Below are positions 1 through 9,221 of a stretch of 36,148 bases of DNA, piece by piece; the first letter of the stretch is position 1, and every line of letters starts with the position of its first letter. The stretch is from Candidatus Aminicenantales bacterium. Lineage in GTDB: Bacteria; Acidobacteriota; Aminicenantia; Aminicenantales; Saccharicenantaceae. The DNA lies in assembly GCA_049512315.1 (NCBI GenBank), contig JBEKXF010000031.1, positions 1-36,148 of the forward strand, read 5' to 3'. The notes below the pieces were generated by a model. That model was not told the origin of the DNA. It saw only the letters and a program-made list of their open reading frames with translations, and did not search any database. The translations under genes and the position numbers were made by a program.

Positions 1-23
1 AACGTGATCAGTTCCTCTCGCAC
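1..23 (-). CDS. Transposase N-terminus, partial (MREELIT...)
   Basis: GTG at 23 lies downstream of GGAGGAGG. The peptide resembles the 'MxEExITMS' starts I recall for ISNCY/IS1202 transposases. Only 7 codons are visible. Confidence 0.5.
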
Positions 24-119
24 GGGGCCGGCCCTCCTCCTGTCCGGAGGAGTACCTTAGCCCAAAAAAGCGGAAATATTCACGTTGCCCAAAGCGGAAA
101 TTATCACGTTGCCGCAACA
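1..119 (-). mobile_element. Left end of an IS1202/ISNCY-like insertion sequence (continues off the window)
   Basis: The minus strand from 119 reads TGTTGCGGCAACGTGATAATTTCCGCTTT-GGGCAACGTGAATATTTCCGCTTT: a TGT terminus and two tandem ~24-bp sub-terminal repeats (67-90, 91-113). A GGAGG SD and a GTG-started ORF follow. An IS21-type end is not excluded. Confidence 0.65.
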
Positions 120-146
120 GCCGGGGATGGTCCCGGGGAAGAGGGC

Positions 147-175
147 TTGAGCTTTGGCCCGGCTTTGTCTAAAAT
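147..175 (+). promoter_or_regulatory. Putative sigma70 promoter for the ACT gene
   Basis: TTGAGC-N17-TAAAAT. It favours ATG 205 over TTG 154 as the start. Confidence 0.45.
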
Positions 176-204
176 ACATCCTCGGGTCGGAAGGGATTGA
201 GAAG

Positions 205-600
205 ATGAGACAAAACGAGCTTCGGGAGTTTTTCAAGAACGGCCGGATCCTGGTCGCGAAGGAATCCTACGTCATCGTCAAGTCCCGCCGGGCCTGCGCC
301 GGCGCCTTCGCCGTCGTCCGGGACCGGAACGAGACGACCTCCATCGTCGAGCATTCCAAGCTCCGGAACCAGAAGTTCCTCGGCATCGAGGGCGATTGGC
401 GGCTGATCACCTTCGACATGATCCTGCCCTTCGGGCTCATCGGCTTTTTCGCCCACGTGTCGGGGGCGCTGGCCAGGGAGGGCATCCCGCTCATCACCAT
501 CTCCGCCTATTCGACGGACCACATCTTCGTGAAGGACAAGGACCTCGACCGGACCGTTAAGGTCCTCGCCAAGCTGGGTTTCGCTGTCCGGCGGCTGTAA
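205..600 (+). CDS. ACT domain-containing protein (ACT_7/CASTOR-like)
   Basis: The C-terminal GFFAHVSGALAREGIPLITISAYSTDHIFV is typical of ACT_7 proteins. Confidence 0.8.
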   Translation: MRQNELREFFKNGRILVAKESYVIVKSRRACAGAFAVVRDRNETTSIVEHSKLRNQKFLGIEGDWRLITFDMILPFGLIGFFAHVSGALAREGIPLITISAYSTDHIFVKDKDLDRTVKVLAKLGFAVRRL

Positions 601-634
601 ACCCAGGCGGCCTAAGGGCGCCCTGCGCGGGACC

Positions 635-2719
635 TTACTTGATCTCCTTTTCGACCTTGGCGGTCATCTCCTTGACGTCCGCCTGCTCGGGGTTGAGGCG
701 GAGGGAGGCGGCCAGGACGTCGAGGGCCTCTTTCTTCTTGCCCGTCTTGTAATAGCAGAACCCGAGGGCGTTGAGGAGCCGGGTGTCGCTGTTGTAGATC
801 TTGTTGCCCTCGAGAAGGCTCTGGACGGCGGGCGCGAACTCCCCCTTCTCCATCAGGGCCTGGCCCCGGAGCAGGAAATAATTGAAGCGGAATTTTTCCT
901 GGCTCTTGAGCGGTTCGACGAGCAGCAGGGCCTCGTCGAATTTCCCCGACCGGACGAGGAAATCGGCGAAGTCGGCGAGGCCTTCCGCGTAGTCCGGCTT
1001 CATGCCCAGGGCTTTCCGGTAGGCCGCTTCGGCCTTGACCCGGTCGCCGGCCTTGTCGTACTGGATCGCCAGCCCGTAGAAATAGAGGAAACTGTTGGCG
1101 GCCGGCAGGGCCCTGGTCAGGGTCACCGGGTGCGGCACCGCCTCGGCCGGGGAAACGATGAACGGCGCCTTGGCCGTGCCCAGGACGTTGCCCAGACCGT
1201 CTTTCAGGCGGCATTTCATCTCGTAATAGTCCGGGGGGAAGTCCCGGGCCGGGAACGCCTCGACGATGCTCATCGTCCGGCTGTATGGCTGCTCGGCGAG
1301 CTTCAGGCCGAAAGTCCTTGCCGGCTTGCCTTTGGCCGCCGAGCCTTCGATGACGACCTCCACTTCTCCCCGGGCCCAAAGGTCATCGGAGACGTTGAAG
1401 ATGCTGAGGCCGTACGCCACTTCGTCACCGGAACCCAGGGTCGCCTTCGGGTCGGTCAAGAGCAGTTTTCTCGCCATCTTGAAGGGAGCATTGGCCCCGG
1501 CCGGCGCGTCCTGGAGCCTGTACCCGATCACGGGCTCGGCCAGCCGCGCGGGCCCGCCCTCGGCCGGAACGGTCACCGCCTTTTCGAAAAGGCAGAACTC
1601 TTTTCCCACGGCGTTCTGGAGGAGGATGGTCAGGTCATAGGTCCCGGCGGCGATCGGGAACAGGTCGAGGACGGAGATCCCGCTCCCCTGGACGCTTCCG
1701 ACCTTGTCCGGCGGCAGATAGAACGGGTAGTCCTTGGAATACTGAAAGACGACCTTCTCTCCCTGGCGCAGGCTGACGCTCAGCTTGAAGTTGCAGTAAT
1801 ACTGGTCCCGGGGCTTGAAGTAATCGAGGGACATCGTCCGCGGCGAAATGGAGAAGTGGAGGAAGTCGATGCCCAGGGCCGGGTCTTCGATGACGGCCGC
1901 GGTGGCGCTGCTCTCGATGTAGTTCGTGAGGTACTCCGTGCTGACGATCCCCTTGTAGTTCAGGAAATGCGTGGCGTAGGCGGAGCTGATGTCCTTTTTC
2001 GGCGAATCGAAGATGGCTGAAAGAATAATGCTGGACTGAGGAGACGGCGTGTAGCCGTAGGGGATCTGCCCGGGGATGAGCGAGATCGAGACTCCCGCCA
2101 GGGTCGGGACCAGTTCCCGGAGCTTTTTGTAGACGGCTTCGTAGTTCGTCTGATCGAGTCCCTGCGTGTCGATGATGAGGCTGGCCGGCCCGTCTGCGGC
2201 CGGATTGTAGAGCTTGAATTCCCCTCCCCGCCACTGAACGAAGACCAGCACGAACATTGTCGGCAGCCCAGCGGCTTTATCACCATAGTAATACCAAACC
2301 TGCGCGGGATAGACGTTTTGCAGGCCCTCGAATCGCTCGATGCTTTGCGGGCGGCCGAGGATCATGTAAATCCGTCCCATGTCCGTCATCCAGCCTTCCC
2401 GGGTGGTGCCGCGCCGGTAGTATTCGTTGGCGTAGTTGAACCGCTTGATGATCTCTTCCTTGTACTCATTTTGCGGCGTCCCCGGCGTGGGATCTCTCTG
2501 CCTCCAGAAGGCCTCGATGAACGCCTCCCGGTCCCGGTCGCTCGTGAGCGAAAAAAAGACGTCCTTTTCGGCCGGCAGGATGATATAGGTGGTGAGCTTC
2601 AGCCATTCCTGGAATTGCGGAGCGAGGTCCTTTTCCTTAGCCTTCGTCTGGCTGGAAAAAGACGCGGCGGCGACGGCCATGAGCAGTGCCACGGCGGCGG
2701 CAATCACGTTTCTTTTCAT
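635..2719 (-). CDS. Exported GWxTD domain protein with C-terminal TPRs
   Basis: Signal peptide; FIEAFWRQRDPTPGTPQNEY and GWMTDMGRIYMILGRP motifs; C-terminal TPR helices; GGAGG SD upstream. Confidence 0.9.
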   Translation of the reverse strand: MKRNVIAAAVALLMAVAAASFSSQTKAKEKDLAPQFQEWLKLTTYIILPAEKDVFFSLTSDRDREAFIEAFWRQRDPTPGTPQNEYKEEIIKRFNYANEYYRRGTTREGWMTDMGRIYMILGRPQSIERFEGLQNVYPAQVWYYYGDKAAGLPTMFVLVFVQWRGGEFKLYNPAADGPASLIIDTQGLDQTNYEAVYKKLRELVPTLAGVSISLIPGQIPYGYTPSPQSSIILSAIFDSPKKDISSAYATHFLNYKGIVSTEYLTNYIESSATAAVIEDPALGIDFLHFSISPRTMSLDYFKPRDQYYCNFKLSVSLRQGEKVVFQYSKDYPFYLPPDKVGSVQGSGISVLDLFPIAAGTYDLTILLQNAVGKEFCLFEKAVTVPAEGGPARLAEPVIGYRLQDAPAGANAPFKMARKLLLTDPKATLGSGDEVAYGLSIFNVSDDLWARGEVEVVIEGSAAKGKPARTFGLKLAEQPYSRTMSIVEAFPARDFPPDYYEMKCRLKDGLGNVLGTAKAPFIVSPAEAVPHPVTLTRALPAANSFLYFYGLAIQYDKAGDRVKAEAAYRKALGMKPDYAEGLADFADFLVRSGKFDEALLLVEPLKSQEKFRFNYFLLRGQALMEKGEFAPAVQSLLEGNKIYNSDTRLLNALGFCYYKTGKKKEALDVLAASLRLNPEQADVKEMTAKVEKEIK

Positions 2720-2735
2720 GGCCTCCCTCCTCGCG

Positions 2736-4874
2736 TTACCTGCACGAACGGATGAGTTCGTCCAGCCGGGCCTTTTCCTGCGGCGAGAGATCCGGATAGA
2801 ACAGATCCTTATAGCGGGTGAGGTAGACGAAGGCCTGGGACTTGTCCCCTCCGGCGAGGAGAGTCCGGCCGAGGTTGTAGAGGGCGAAGCCGAAATCCGG
2901 CTTCAATGCGACGACCTTTTTCCAGGCCTCGACGGCGCCGTTGAGGTCCCCGGACTGGCGCAAGGCCGCACCGAGCCCGTTGTACGCGGAGGCGTATTTC
3001 GGGTCGAGCTCGATGGCTTTGCGGAAATACTCTTTGGCCTTGGCGAGGTCATCTGACTGCTCGAGCTTGTCGAACCGGGACAGGTAAAGAGAGCCGAAGT
3101 TGTTGAACACCATGGCGTCGTCAGGGGCCAACCTCAGGGCCTGGGTGTAAGCATCCTGGGCGTCCTCGAAGCGCCCCATGTTCCAGTAAGCGACACCGAG
3201 ATAGTTCCAGGTTTCCGGGTCGAAATCGATCAGAGCCAGAGACTTTTTGAGGACGTCGACGGCCGGGCCGAAGCGGCCCTCCTCGATCAAGGTGATGCCG
3301 TAAGCCATCATGATCCGGAAGCTCTCCGGGTTGTTTTGGAGCGCTTCGAGGAGCACGGCCTCCGCGTCCCGCGGCCGCTTCCGTTCCTTGTAAAAGTTGG
3401 CTAGGTAGGTGTAGGCCAGATCGAAGTCCTTGCGCTCGGTAATGATCTCCTTGAGGAGCGCGATCCCGTCGGCCGTCCGTCCGGCGGCGTAGGCGGCCGT
3501 GGCCGCGGCCCATTTGGCATGGAAGGGGAGGAGCGTCTTGAGGTCGTCTTTGGCCGTGAAGGTCTTCCGGGCCGGGGACTGCGGTGAGGCCAGGTAGCCC
3601 AGGCTGCGGAGCTTCTCTGTTGTCTGACGATCCATCCTTTGCCCCGCGCTCGCCGCCAGGGGGGATGACTCGGCCTGGACGACGGCGGCGAAGGTCTTCC
3701 GGCACCGCTCGAGGTCGGACCGGCTGGCGATGTTCTCAAGCTCGCCGAAATCCTTATCCAGGTCGTAAACTTCGGGGATTGGCGATTCCATGTATTTTTC
3801 CCGGCCCTGAATATACCCCCGGAGCGGGGCCCAGCCCCTGTTGTAATAGGCCGTGAGGGCTTCGAAATAGATGGGCCGCGCCGGAAGACTTTTCCCCCGA
3901 AGCAGAGGAAGGAGGGACATTCCCTGGAGCCCGCTGGGCGGAGTCTGGCCGAGAAGGTCGCAAACCGTCGGGAAAATGTCGATATGGCAGGCTTCGACCT
4001 CCACCCGGCCGGGTTTCATCCCCGGAAGGACGAGGATGAGGGGGACGCGGAGCGTCGCGTTATAGGCGAAATAACCGTGGGTCATTTCCCCGTGCTCGCC
4101 GAGCGACTCGCCATGGTCGGCGGTGAAGATGACGGCCGTCCCCCCTTCCGCTCGCCGATCCTTGAGGAAACCGATGAGCCGTGCCAAGGCCGAATCCACG
4201 AAAGCGATTTCACCGTCATAGGGCCTTTCGCGGTACCGGGACTTGAAGGGCTCGGGCGGGTCGTAAGGCTGATGGGGGTCAAAGCAGTGGACCCAGAGAA
4301 ACCAGGGTCCTCGGCTCTCCGCCAGCCAAGCCAGGGCTTTGTCCACGACCGTGTCGGCCCGGCGCTCGACAAAGGTCAGGTCACTTGGCCCTTGACTGCC
4401 GTAGCGATCATCGTAAATATCGAATCCCTTGGTCAGCCCAAATCGCGAGTCCAGCGGGAAGGCGCCGACGAAGGCGCCCGTGGCGTATCCCTGTCCCTTG
4501 AGCCATTCGGCCAGCGTCAGAAAGTTCTCGCGGACGATGAAGTTCGAGTTGTCGTGAACCCCATGGGCGTTAGGGGTGAGTCCGAGAAGGATGTTCGTGT
4601 GCGACGGCAGAGTGGCGGGCGTATGGGCGAAGGCCCGCGTAAAAAGGATCCCCCGTCCGGCTAGGGCATCGATCGCCGGAGTCCGAACCCCGGCGTAGCC
4701 GTAGCACCCGAGATGGTCGGCCCGGAGCGTGTCGATCGTGATGAGGAGGATGTTGGGCTTTCCGAGCGCGGCCGCGGACAGAGGAACGGCGGTTGATTGT
4801 GAGAGAAGGAGAAAGGTCGACAGGAAGACGGACGCGGCCGGGAGGCGACGATGGTCTAGTCGAAGTGTCCGCAT
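2736..4874 (-). CDS. Sulfatase-like (alkaline phosphatase superfamily) hydrolase/transferase with C-terminal TPRs
   Basis: Signal-like N-terminus from ATG 4874; motifs PNILLITIDTLRADHL, TLPSH, WVHCFDPHQPY and ADHGE; TPRs afterwards. The upstream part of the 1038-aa ORF is a shadow frame of the neighbouring gene. Confidence 0.85.
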   Translation of the reverse strand: MRTLRLDHRRLPAASVFLSTFLLLSQSTAVPLSAAALGKPNILLITIDTLRADHLGCYGYAGVRTPAIDALAGRGILFTRAFAHTPATLPSHTNILLGLTPNAHGVHDNSNFIVRENFLTLAEWLKGQGYATGAFVGAFPLDSRFGLTKGFDIYDDRYGSQGPSDLTFVERRADTVVDKALAWLAESRGPWFLWVHCFDPHQPYDPPEPFKSRYRERPYDGEIAFVDSALARLIGFLKDRRAEGGTAVIFTADHGESLGEHGEMTHGYFAYNATLRVPLILVLPGMKPGRVEVEACHIDIFPTVCDLLGQTPPSGLQGMSLLPLLRGKSLPARPIYFEALTAYYNRGWAPLRGYIQGREKYMESPIPEVYDLDKDFGELENIASRSDLERCRKTFAAVVQAESSPLAASAGQRMDRQTTEKLRSLGYLASPQSPARKTFTAKDDLKTLLPFHAKWAAATAAYAAGRTADGIALLKEIITERKDFDLAYTYLANFYKERKRPRDAEAVLLEALQNNPESFRIMMAYGITLIEEGRFGPAVDVLKKSLALIDFDPETWNYLGVAYWNMGRFEDAQDAYTQALRLAPDDAMVFNNFGSLYLSRFDKLEQSDDLAKAKEYFRKAIELDPKYASAYNGLGAALRQSGDLNGAVEAWKKVVALKPDFGFALYNLGRTLLAGGDKSQAFVYLTRYKDLFYPDLSPQEKARLDELIRSCR

Positions 4875-4894
4875 GCGGGCCCGTGGGTGAGCGG

Positions 4895-5812
4895 CTATTT
4901 TTTCTTCAGGAATTCGAGGAAGTTCTTGACTTGGGCGGACCGGGGCGAATCGGGGTCGGACTTGAGATATTCCTCGAAGGGCGGGATCGCGTCGCTGTTC
5001 CGTCCCAGCGCGAGATAGGTGAGGCCCAGCTGATAGAGCCCGTCCAGGAAATCCTTCTGGATCTCCACCGACCGCTTGTAATACTTCAGGGCCTCCTCGA
5101 ACTTCGATTGTTTCGTGTAGCTCGCCCCGATGTTGAAGAGGACCATTGGGTCGGTGATCTTCTCGAACTCGATCTTGTTGTACCACTCCATGGCCTTGTC
5201 GTTCTCGCCGCGGTTGGCGTAGCAATTGCCGATGAGGAGCAGGATGTCGGGGTTGGCCGGCTCCTTCTCCAGGACCTTCTGATAAGCGGCTTCGGCCTGG
5301 TCGTACTGCTGGAGCTCGAAATAGCAGTTGCCGACGTTCTTGTAAAGGACGTAGGCGTCCGGGTTCTTGGCCAGGATATCCTCGTAGGCCTTGACGGCGT
5401 CGGGGTACTTCTTTTCCTCGAAGAGCTGGTTCCCGGCTTTCAACGCGGCCTTGAGCTCGTCCGTGATGAGCAGGCCCGCCATGGCCTTCAGCTTGGTCTC
5501 GATCGGTGGATTGTTCGTCGCCTCGGGGATGTTGGTGGCGATGTGCCGCGGCTCGTAGCCGATCTTTTCGAAGTCGATGTTCCATCCGCCACCCCGGATG
5601 TAGTTGGCGGTCCATTCGCCCGCGGCGTTGGTCGTCAGTTCGAAACCGGACACCCCCTTGAGCGAGTAGAGCTTGATTTTCACGCCTTCGATGGGCTTCC
5701 CGCTTTCGTCGGTGACCTTTCCCTTGAGTCGGCCCTGGCCACGGTAACTCTGGCCCAAGGCAAGACTTCCGGCAAGGACAAGAACGATAGCCGCGAGCAT
5801 TATTTTTTTCAT
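4895..5812 (-). CDS. Exported protein with a carboxypeptidase-regulatory-like beta-sandwich and TPR repeats
   Basis: Signal peptide MKKIMLAAIVLVLAGSLALG; GRLKGKVTDESGKPIEGVKI; several TPRs. Confidence 0.85.
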   Translation of the reverse strand: MKKIMLAAIVLVLAGSLALGQSYRGQGRLKGKVTDESGKPIEGVKIKLYSLKGVSGFELTTNAAGEWTANYIRGGGWNIDFEKIGYEPRHIATNIPEATNNPPIETKLKAMAGLLITDELKAALKAGNQLFEEKKYPDAVKAYEDILAKNPDAYVLYKNVGNCYFELQQYDQAEAAYQKVLEKEPANPDILLLIGNCYANRGENDKAMEWYNKIEFEKITDPMVLFNIGASYTKQSKFEEALKYYKRSVEIQKDFLDGLYQLGLTYLALGRNSDAIPPFEEYLKSDPDSPRSAQVKNFLEFLKKK

Positions 5813-5857
5813 GATCCGCCTCGTCAGGTATTCTATCACCGGAAGCCGGCAAACGCC

Positions 5858-5897
5858 AAAAAGAAAGCCCCTCCCGGCCCGAGGCCGGGAGGGGCTT
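5858..5897 (-). terminator. Rho-independent terminator after the TonB-dependent receptor gene
   Basis: Perfect 15-bp stem (5865-5879/5883-5897) with a 3-nt loop, followed on the minus strand by a U-rich tract. Confidence 0.85.
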
Positions 5898-5919
5898 GGA
5901 CGATCTGCTCGAACAGGGT

Positions 5920-8895
5920 CTAGAATTCGATGCGGACGCCGGCGCGGAAGATCCTCGGGTTCAGGATGCGCAGGGTTTGGCCGTATGTGGAGTTGCCATT
6001 CGTGTCCGTGGCGTCGAGTTCAGCTTGGACGGAGAGGGCTGTGGCCGAGTTGAAGACGTTGAAGCAGTCGATGGCGGCCGTGACATGGAGGGAGTTACTG
6101 ATGGTGAACATCTTTTCGAGGTGAAGGTTGAGCTCGTAGAAGTTGGGCAGGCGGGTGTCGCCGAACTTGCCGACCTCTCCGGCCTTAGTGGCGTTCATCT
6201 CTACCCAGCCGATATTTGACTCATATTCCCAGACATAGGGCGGATAGACGTAGCCTTCGCGGGCGTTGAAGGCGAAGCTCGCGGCGATCCCGTAGGGGAA
6301 TTGATAGAGCCCGGCCAGCTTGAACATCCAGCGGGAGTTCACGTACACGTCGGTGATGCCTGAACCGCCGCTCTGGGGAGCGATGACGCCTCCCTCGTAA
6401 TAGTCGTAGTTGGTGAGGTCGTAGGGCCAGATCGACTTGTCGTTGCCGTGGTAATATTTCCAGTCGGAGAAGGTGAACGAGCCGTCCAGCATCCAGTTGT
6501 GGGAGAGGCGCTTCTTTATGACCAATTCAACGGCCTTGTACACTTCGTGGGCCTTGAGCAGGGTCGTGCCGTTGGTCGTGCCGTCGGGCTGGAGCGTTCC
6601 GTCGACATAGTTCGACCGGTACCAGCCGACCTTGGGAGATACGCGGCCGTAGTAGTTCGAGCCGGTGGTCGGATCCGTCCCCTCCAGAACGAAGTTCTCC
6701 TGGGTTTCGAGGCTGCCGTCTTCGAGAATTGCCCGGTCCCAGGATTCCCGGTGCGTATTCTTGTAGAAGAGCTCGAGGCGGGCGGCGAAGTCCGGGATGA
6801 TCTCGCGCTCATAGGAGAAGGAGATCTCGTCGAGTAGTGGGGTCTTGTACCTGGGGTCGTACTTGTTCGCGGAGCCCGCGGTGGGGTTGGCCGGGTTGAA
6901 GCCGGTAAACCAGGACCAACCGTTGGGGTCGTTACGGTCGACCGTCGGCAGGCCGGTTTCCCAGTCTGTTCCGTGGAGTTCGTTCTGCTGGATGATGCCG
7001 TCGCCGTTGGCGTCCACCCAGCGCAGGTCGATCTCGGCCCAGGGCGCGGGGTTGAGGAAATCGCCGAGTCCATAGCCCGTCTGCGAGCCGTAGCGGGCCA
7101 GGTTCAGCTTGAGGACGTTCTTGCCGTCGCCGGTGATATCATAGATGACGCTCAGCCGCGGCGAGAGGACCTTGGAGCGGATGCCGGGATCGAGCGAGGT
7201 GATGTCCATGCCGACCAGATAATTGGACATCAGGGGCGCGGTCGGAATATTCTCGTTGGCCACGAGAGACTTCTCCATGTCGTAACGGAGGCCGATGTTG
7301 ATGGCCAGCTTGCGGCCGAATGAGAGCGTGTCCTGGGCGAAGATCGAAGTCCGGGTGAAGGACTCGTTGATCCTCCAGTCCCGGTTGATCCAGGCCTCGG
7401 TCCAGGGCGTGCCGTCTTCGAGAGGTTCATAGTGGGCGATCACGGCGTTCCCGTTGAGAATGGAATAGCTGGAGACCGTCGAGTGCGTGTAGTCGACGCC
7501 GAACTTGATCTCGTGGTCTGCGCCGAGGACCTTCTCGGCGAAGTAGTTGCCGATGAAGTTGATGTTCGTCTGAGGGCGGATGGTCCCGTAATCGCCAGGA
7601 GCGTTTCCGGAGGCATAAAAAGAGGGCCAGCGGACCTGGTCTTCATAAGGGCCGACTTTCTCTCCGGGGGTGAAGTGGCCATTGAGGGGGACGAGATAGA
7701 AGACGTTGTGCGTGTAAATGGCCTTGAGGTTCAAGACGAGGTTCCCGAACATCTGCTCGACCTCGCCCTTGTAGATGGGCGTGGGACCGGTCTGGTTCCA
7801 GACCGTCTCGGGGCCCTGGAGCGTGGGGCCCCAGTTCGTCCGTCCCCATTTCAGTTTGTTGTCGTACTCGTAAAGGGCGTTGAGCCGCGTGCTCTTGGTC
7901 ACCTGGCCGTCCAGCCGGAAGTATCCGGATTCGAGCCAGGAGTTGTCGGTCGTGCCGGCGAGGGTGTTGGTTCCGAGGTCCTGGATGCCGTAGGACCCGT
8001 AAAACCAGAGCTTCTCCTTGAAGATCGGGCCGCCGAAGTTGGCGCCGTAGAGATAGACTTTGTTGATGCCGGCGCCCTTGTAGCCGAGGTCGAGCAGGTC
8101 CTGCGGAATGTTTTTCGACTGCCAGGCGTTCTTCTCGGCGTCGAGGTAGAACGTGCCGGAGAAGGCGTTCCCGCCGCGCTTCGTGATGAAGTTGAGCTGG
8201 ACGCCGCCGGTCTGTGACTTGATGTCGTTGTTGCCGTAGTTGATCTGGATTTCCTCGTATCCGGCCACGCTAAAATAGCCCGGCGACGCGCCCAGCGCGG
8301 CGTTGTCGGTGATGTTGCCGCCGTCGACGCTCCACGTGCTGTCGCCGGAATTGGAGCCGTGGCCGAAATATGAGGACTGCTGGCCGCTGTCGCTGCCGCC
8401 CACGTTCTCACGGTCGATGAGCATCCCGGGGGCGAGTTGCATCAAGACCCAGGGGTCGCGGGCGGTCGGCAGCCGCATGATCATGTCCTCGGTGATGTTG
8501 ATGCCGACCTGGGTTTTCTTGGTGTCGATGACGGGCGTGTGCCCGACGACGGTCACCATTTCCTCGAGCGCGGCCTGCTCCATGGTGATGTCGAGCATGA
8601 TGTCTTTGCCGTAGGAGATGGCGAGTTGCGTTCGGTTGTAGGGCTTGAACCCCTGGAGCACGCACTTCAGAACGTAGTCGCTGGCCCCGGCCAGGTGAAG
8701 GAACCGGAAATTGCCTTCCGCCGAGGTGACGGTGGTCAGCGGCGCCGTCTTGGATCCGGTCAACGTGACGTTGACGCCGGGAAGGAGATTGCCCTCCTTG
8801 TCAACGACCTTGCCCCGGATGCTACCGGCTTCCTGCCCGTAGACGAAAACTCCCAGCAGGAGAACGAGGGAGAACAATGCTAACGCTTTTCTCAA
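5920..8895 (-). CDS. TonB-dependent outer membrane receptor (Oar-like, N-terminal carboxypeptidase-regulatory-like domain)
   Basis: TTG 8895 with GGAGG SD and a signal peptide; GSIRGKVVD domain; plug-like GGVQLNFITKRGGN; C-terminal PRIFRAGVRIEF ending in Phe. Confidence 0.88.
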   Translation of the reverse strand: MRKALALFSLVLLLGVFVYGQEAGSIRGKVVDKEGNLLPGVNVTLTGSKTAPLTTVTSAEGNFRFLHLAGASDYVLKCVLQGFKPYNRTQLAISYGKDIMLDITMEQAALEEMVTVVGHTPVIDTKKTQVGINITEDMIMRLPTARDPWVLMQLAPGMLIDRENVGGSDSGQQSSYFGHGSNSGDSTWSVDGGNITDNAALGASPGYFSVAGYEEIQINYGNNDIKSQTGGVQLNFITKRGGNAFSGTFYLDAEKNAWQSKNIPQDLLDLGYKGAGINKVYLYGANFGGPIFKEKLWFYGSYGIQDLGTNTLAGTTDNSWLESGYFRLDGQVTKSTRLNALYEYDNKLKWGRTNWGPTLQGPETVWNQTGPTPIYKGEVEQMFGNLVLNLKAIYTHNVFYLVPLNGHFTPGEKVGPYEDQVRWPSFYASGNAPGDYGTIRPQTNINFIGNYFAEKVLGADHEIKFGVDYTHSTVSSYSILNGNAVIAHYEPLEDGTPWTEAWINRDWRINESFTRTSIFAQDTLSFGRKLAINIGLRYDMEKSLVANENIPTAPLMSNYLVGMDITSLDPGIRSKVLSPRLSVIYDITGDGKNVLKLNLARYGSQTGYGLGDFLNPAPWAEIDLRWVDANGDGIIQQNELHGTDWETGLPTVDRNDPNGWSWFTGFNPANPTAGSANKYDPRYKTPLLDEISFSYEREIIPDFAARLELFYKNTHRESWDRAILEDGSLETQENFVLEGTDPTTGSNYYGRVSPKVGWYRSNYVDGTLQPDGTTNGTTLLKAHEVYKAVELVIKKRLSHNWMLDGSFTFSDWKYYHGNDKSIWPYDLTNYDYYEGGVIAPQSGGSGITDVYVNSRWMFKLAGLYQFPYGIAASFAFNAREGYVYPPYVWEYESNIGWVEMNATKAGEVGKFGDTRLPNFYELNLHLEKMFTISNSLHVTAAIDCFNVFNSATALSVQAELDATDTNGNSTYGQTLRILNPRIFRAGVRIEF

Positions 8896-9074
8896 TGAAT
8901 CCCTCCTTTTTGAGGTTTCATGAACTCGATCCATACCCTGGGTGGATTCCCCTCCGCCCGGCCTACACCTGCGTGCCCCAAAGTGTACTCCTGTTTCTCA
9001 CCTCCTAAATTTTTAAAATATTGGATGATTCGCTCCAATTTCAAAACCACCGCCCTTGAATTATCTAGATTGAA

Positions 9075-9091
9075 AGCAAATTCGGTGCCAA
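9075..9091 (-). promoter_or_regulatory. Sigma54 (-24/-12) promoter upstream of the receptor gene
   Basis: Minus strand TTGGCAC-CGAAT-TTGCT, an exact match to TGGCAC-N5-TTGCW. Confidence 0.8.
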
Positions 9092-9186
9092 CTCTTTGGG
9101 AGGCATGATCTTTAAGGATGTGACTTAAAATAAATGAGATAGGAGGTTGAAGCGGGACAGTGAGATGGGCTCAGGCAGAGCGGGGA

Positions 9187-9220
9187 TTCAAAATTATGGA
9201 TATCTCTCCAAAATTATGAA
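9187..9220. promoter_or_regulatory. Putative tandem enhancer (bEBP binding sites)
   Basis: TTCAAAATTATGGA and TCCAAAATTATGAA with a 20-bp period, about 100-130 bp upstream of the sigma54 -24 box, with AT-rich DNA in between. Confidence 0.55.
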
Positions 9221-9221
9221 G

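Noticed and set aside
2736..5852. 1038-aa ORF suggesting a giant protein or a frameshifted TPR-sulfatase fusion
   Set aside because: The first 326 aa are an Arg/Gly/Pro-rich shadow frame of the TPR gene, as expected in GC3-biased DNA. The sulfatase part has its own ATG and signal-like peptide, and the A-run before the TPR stop is not a canonical slippery heptamer.
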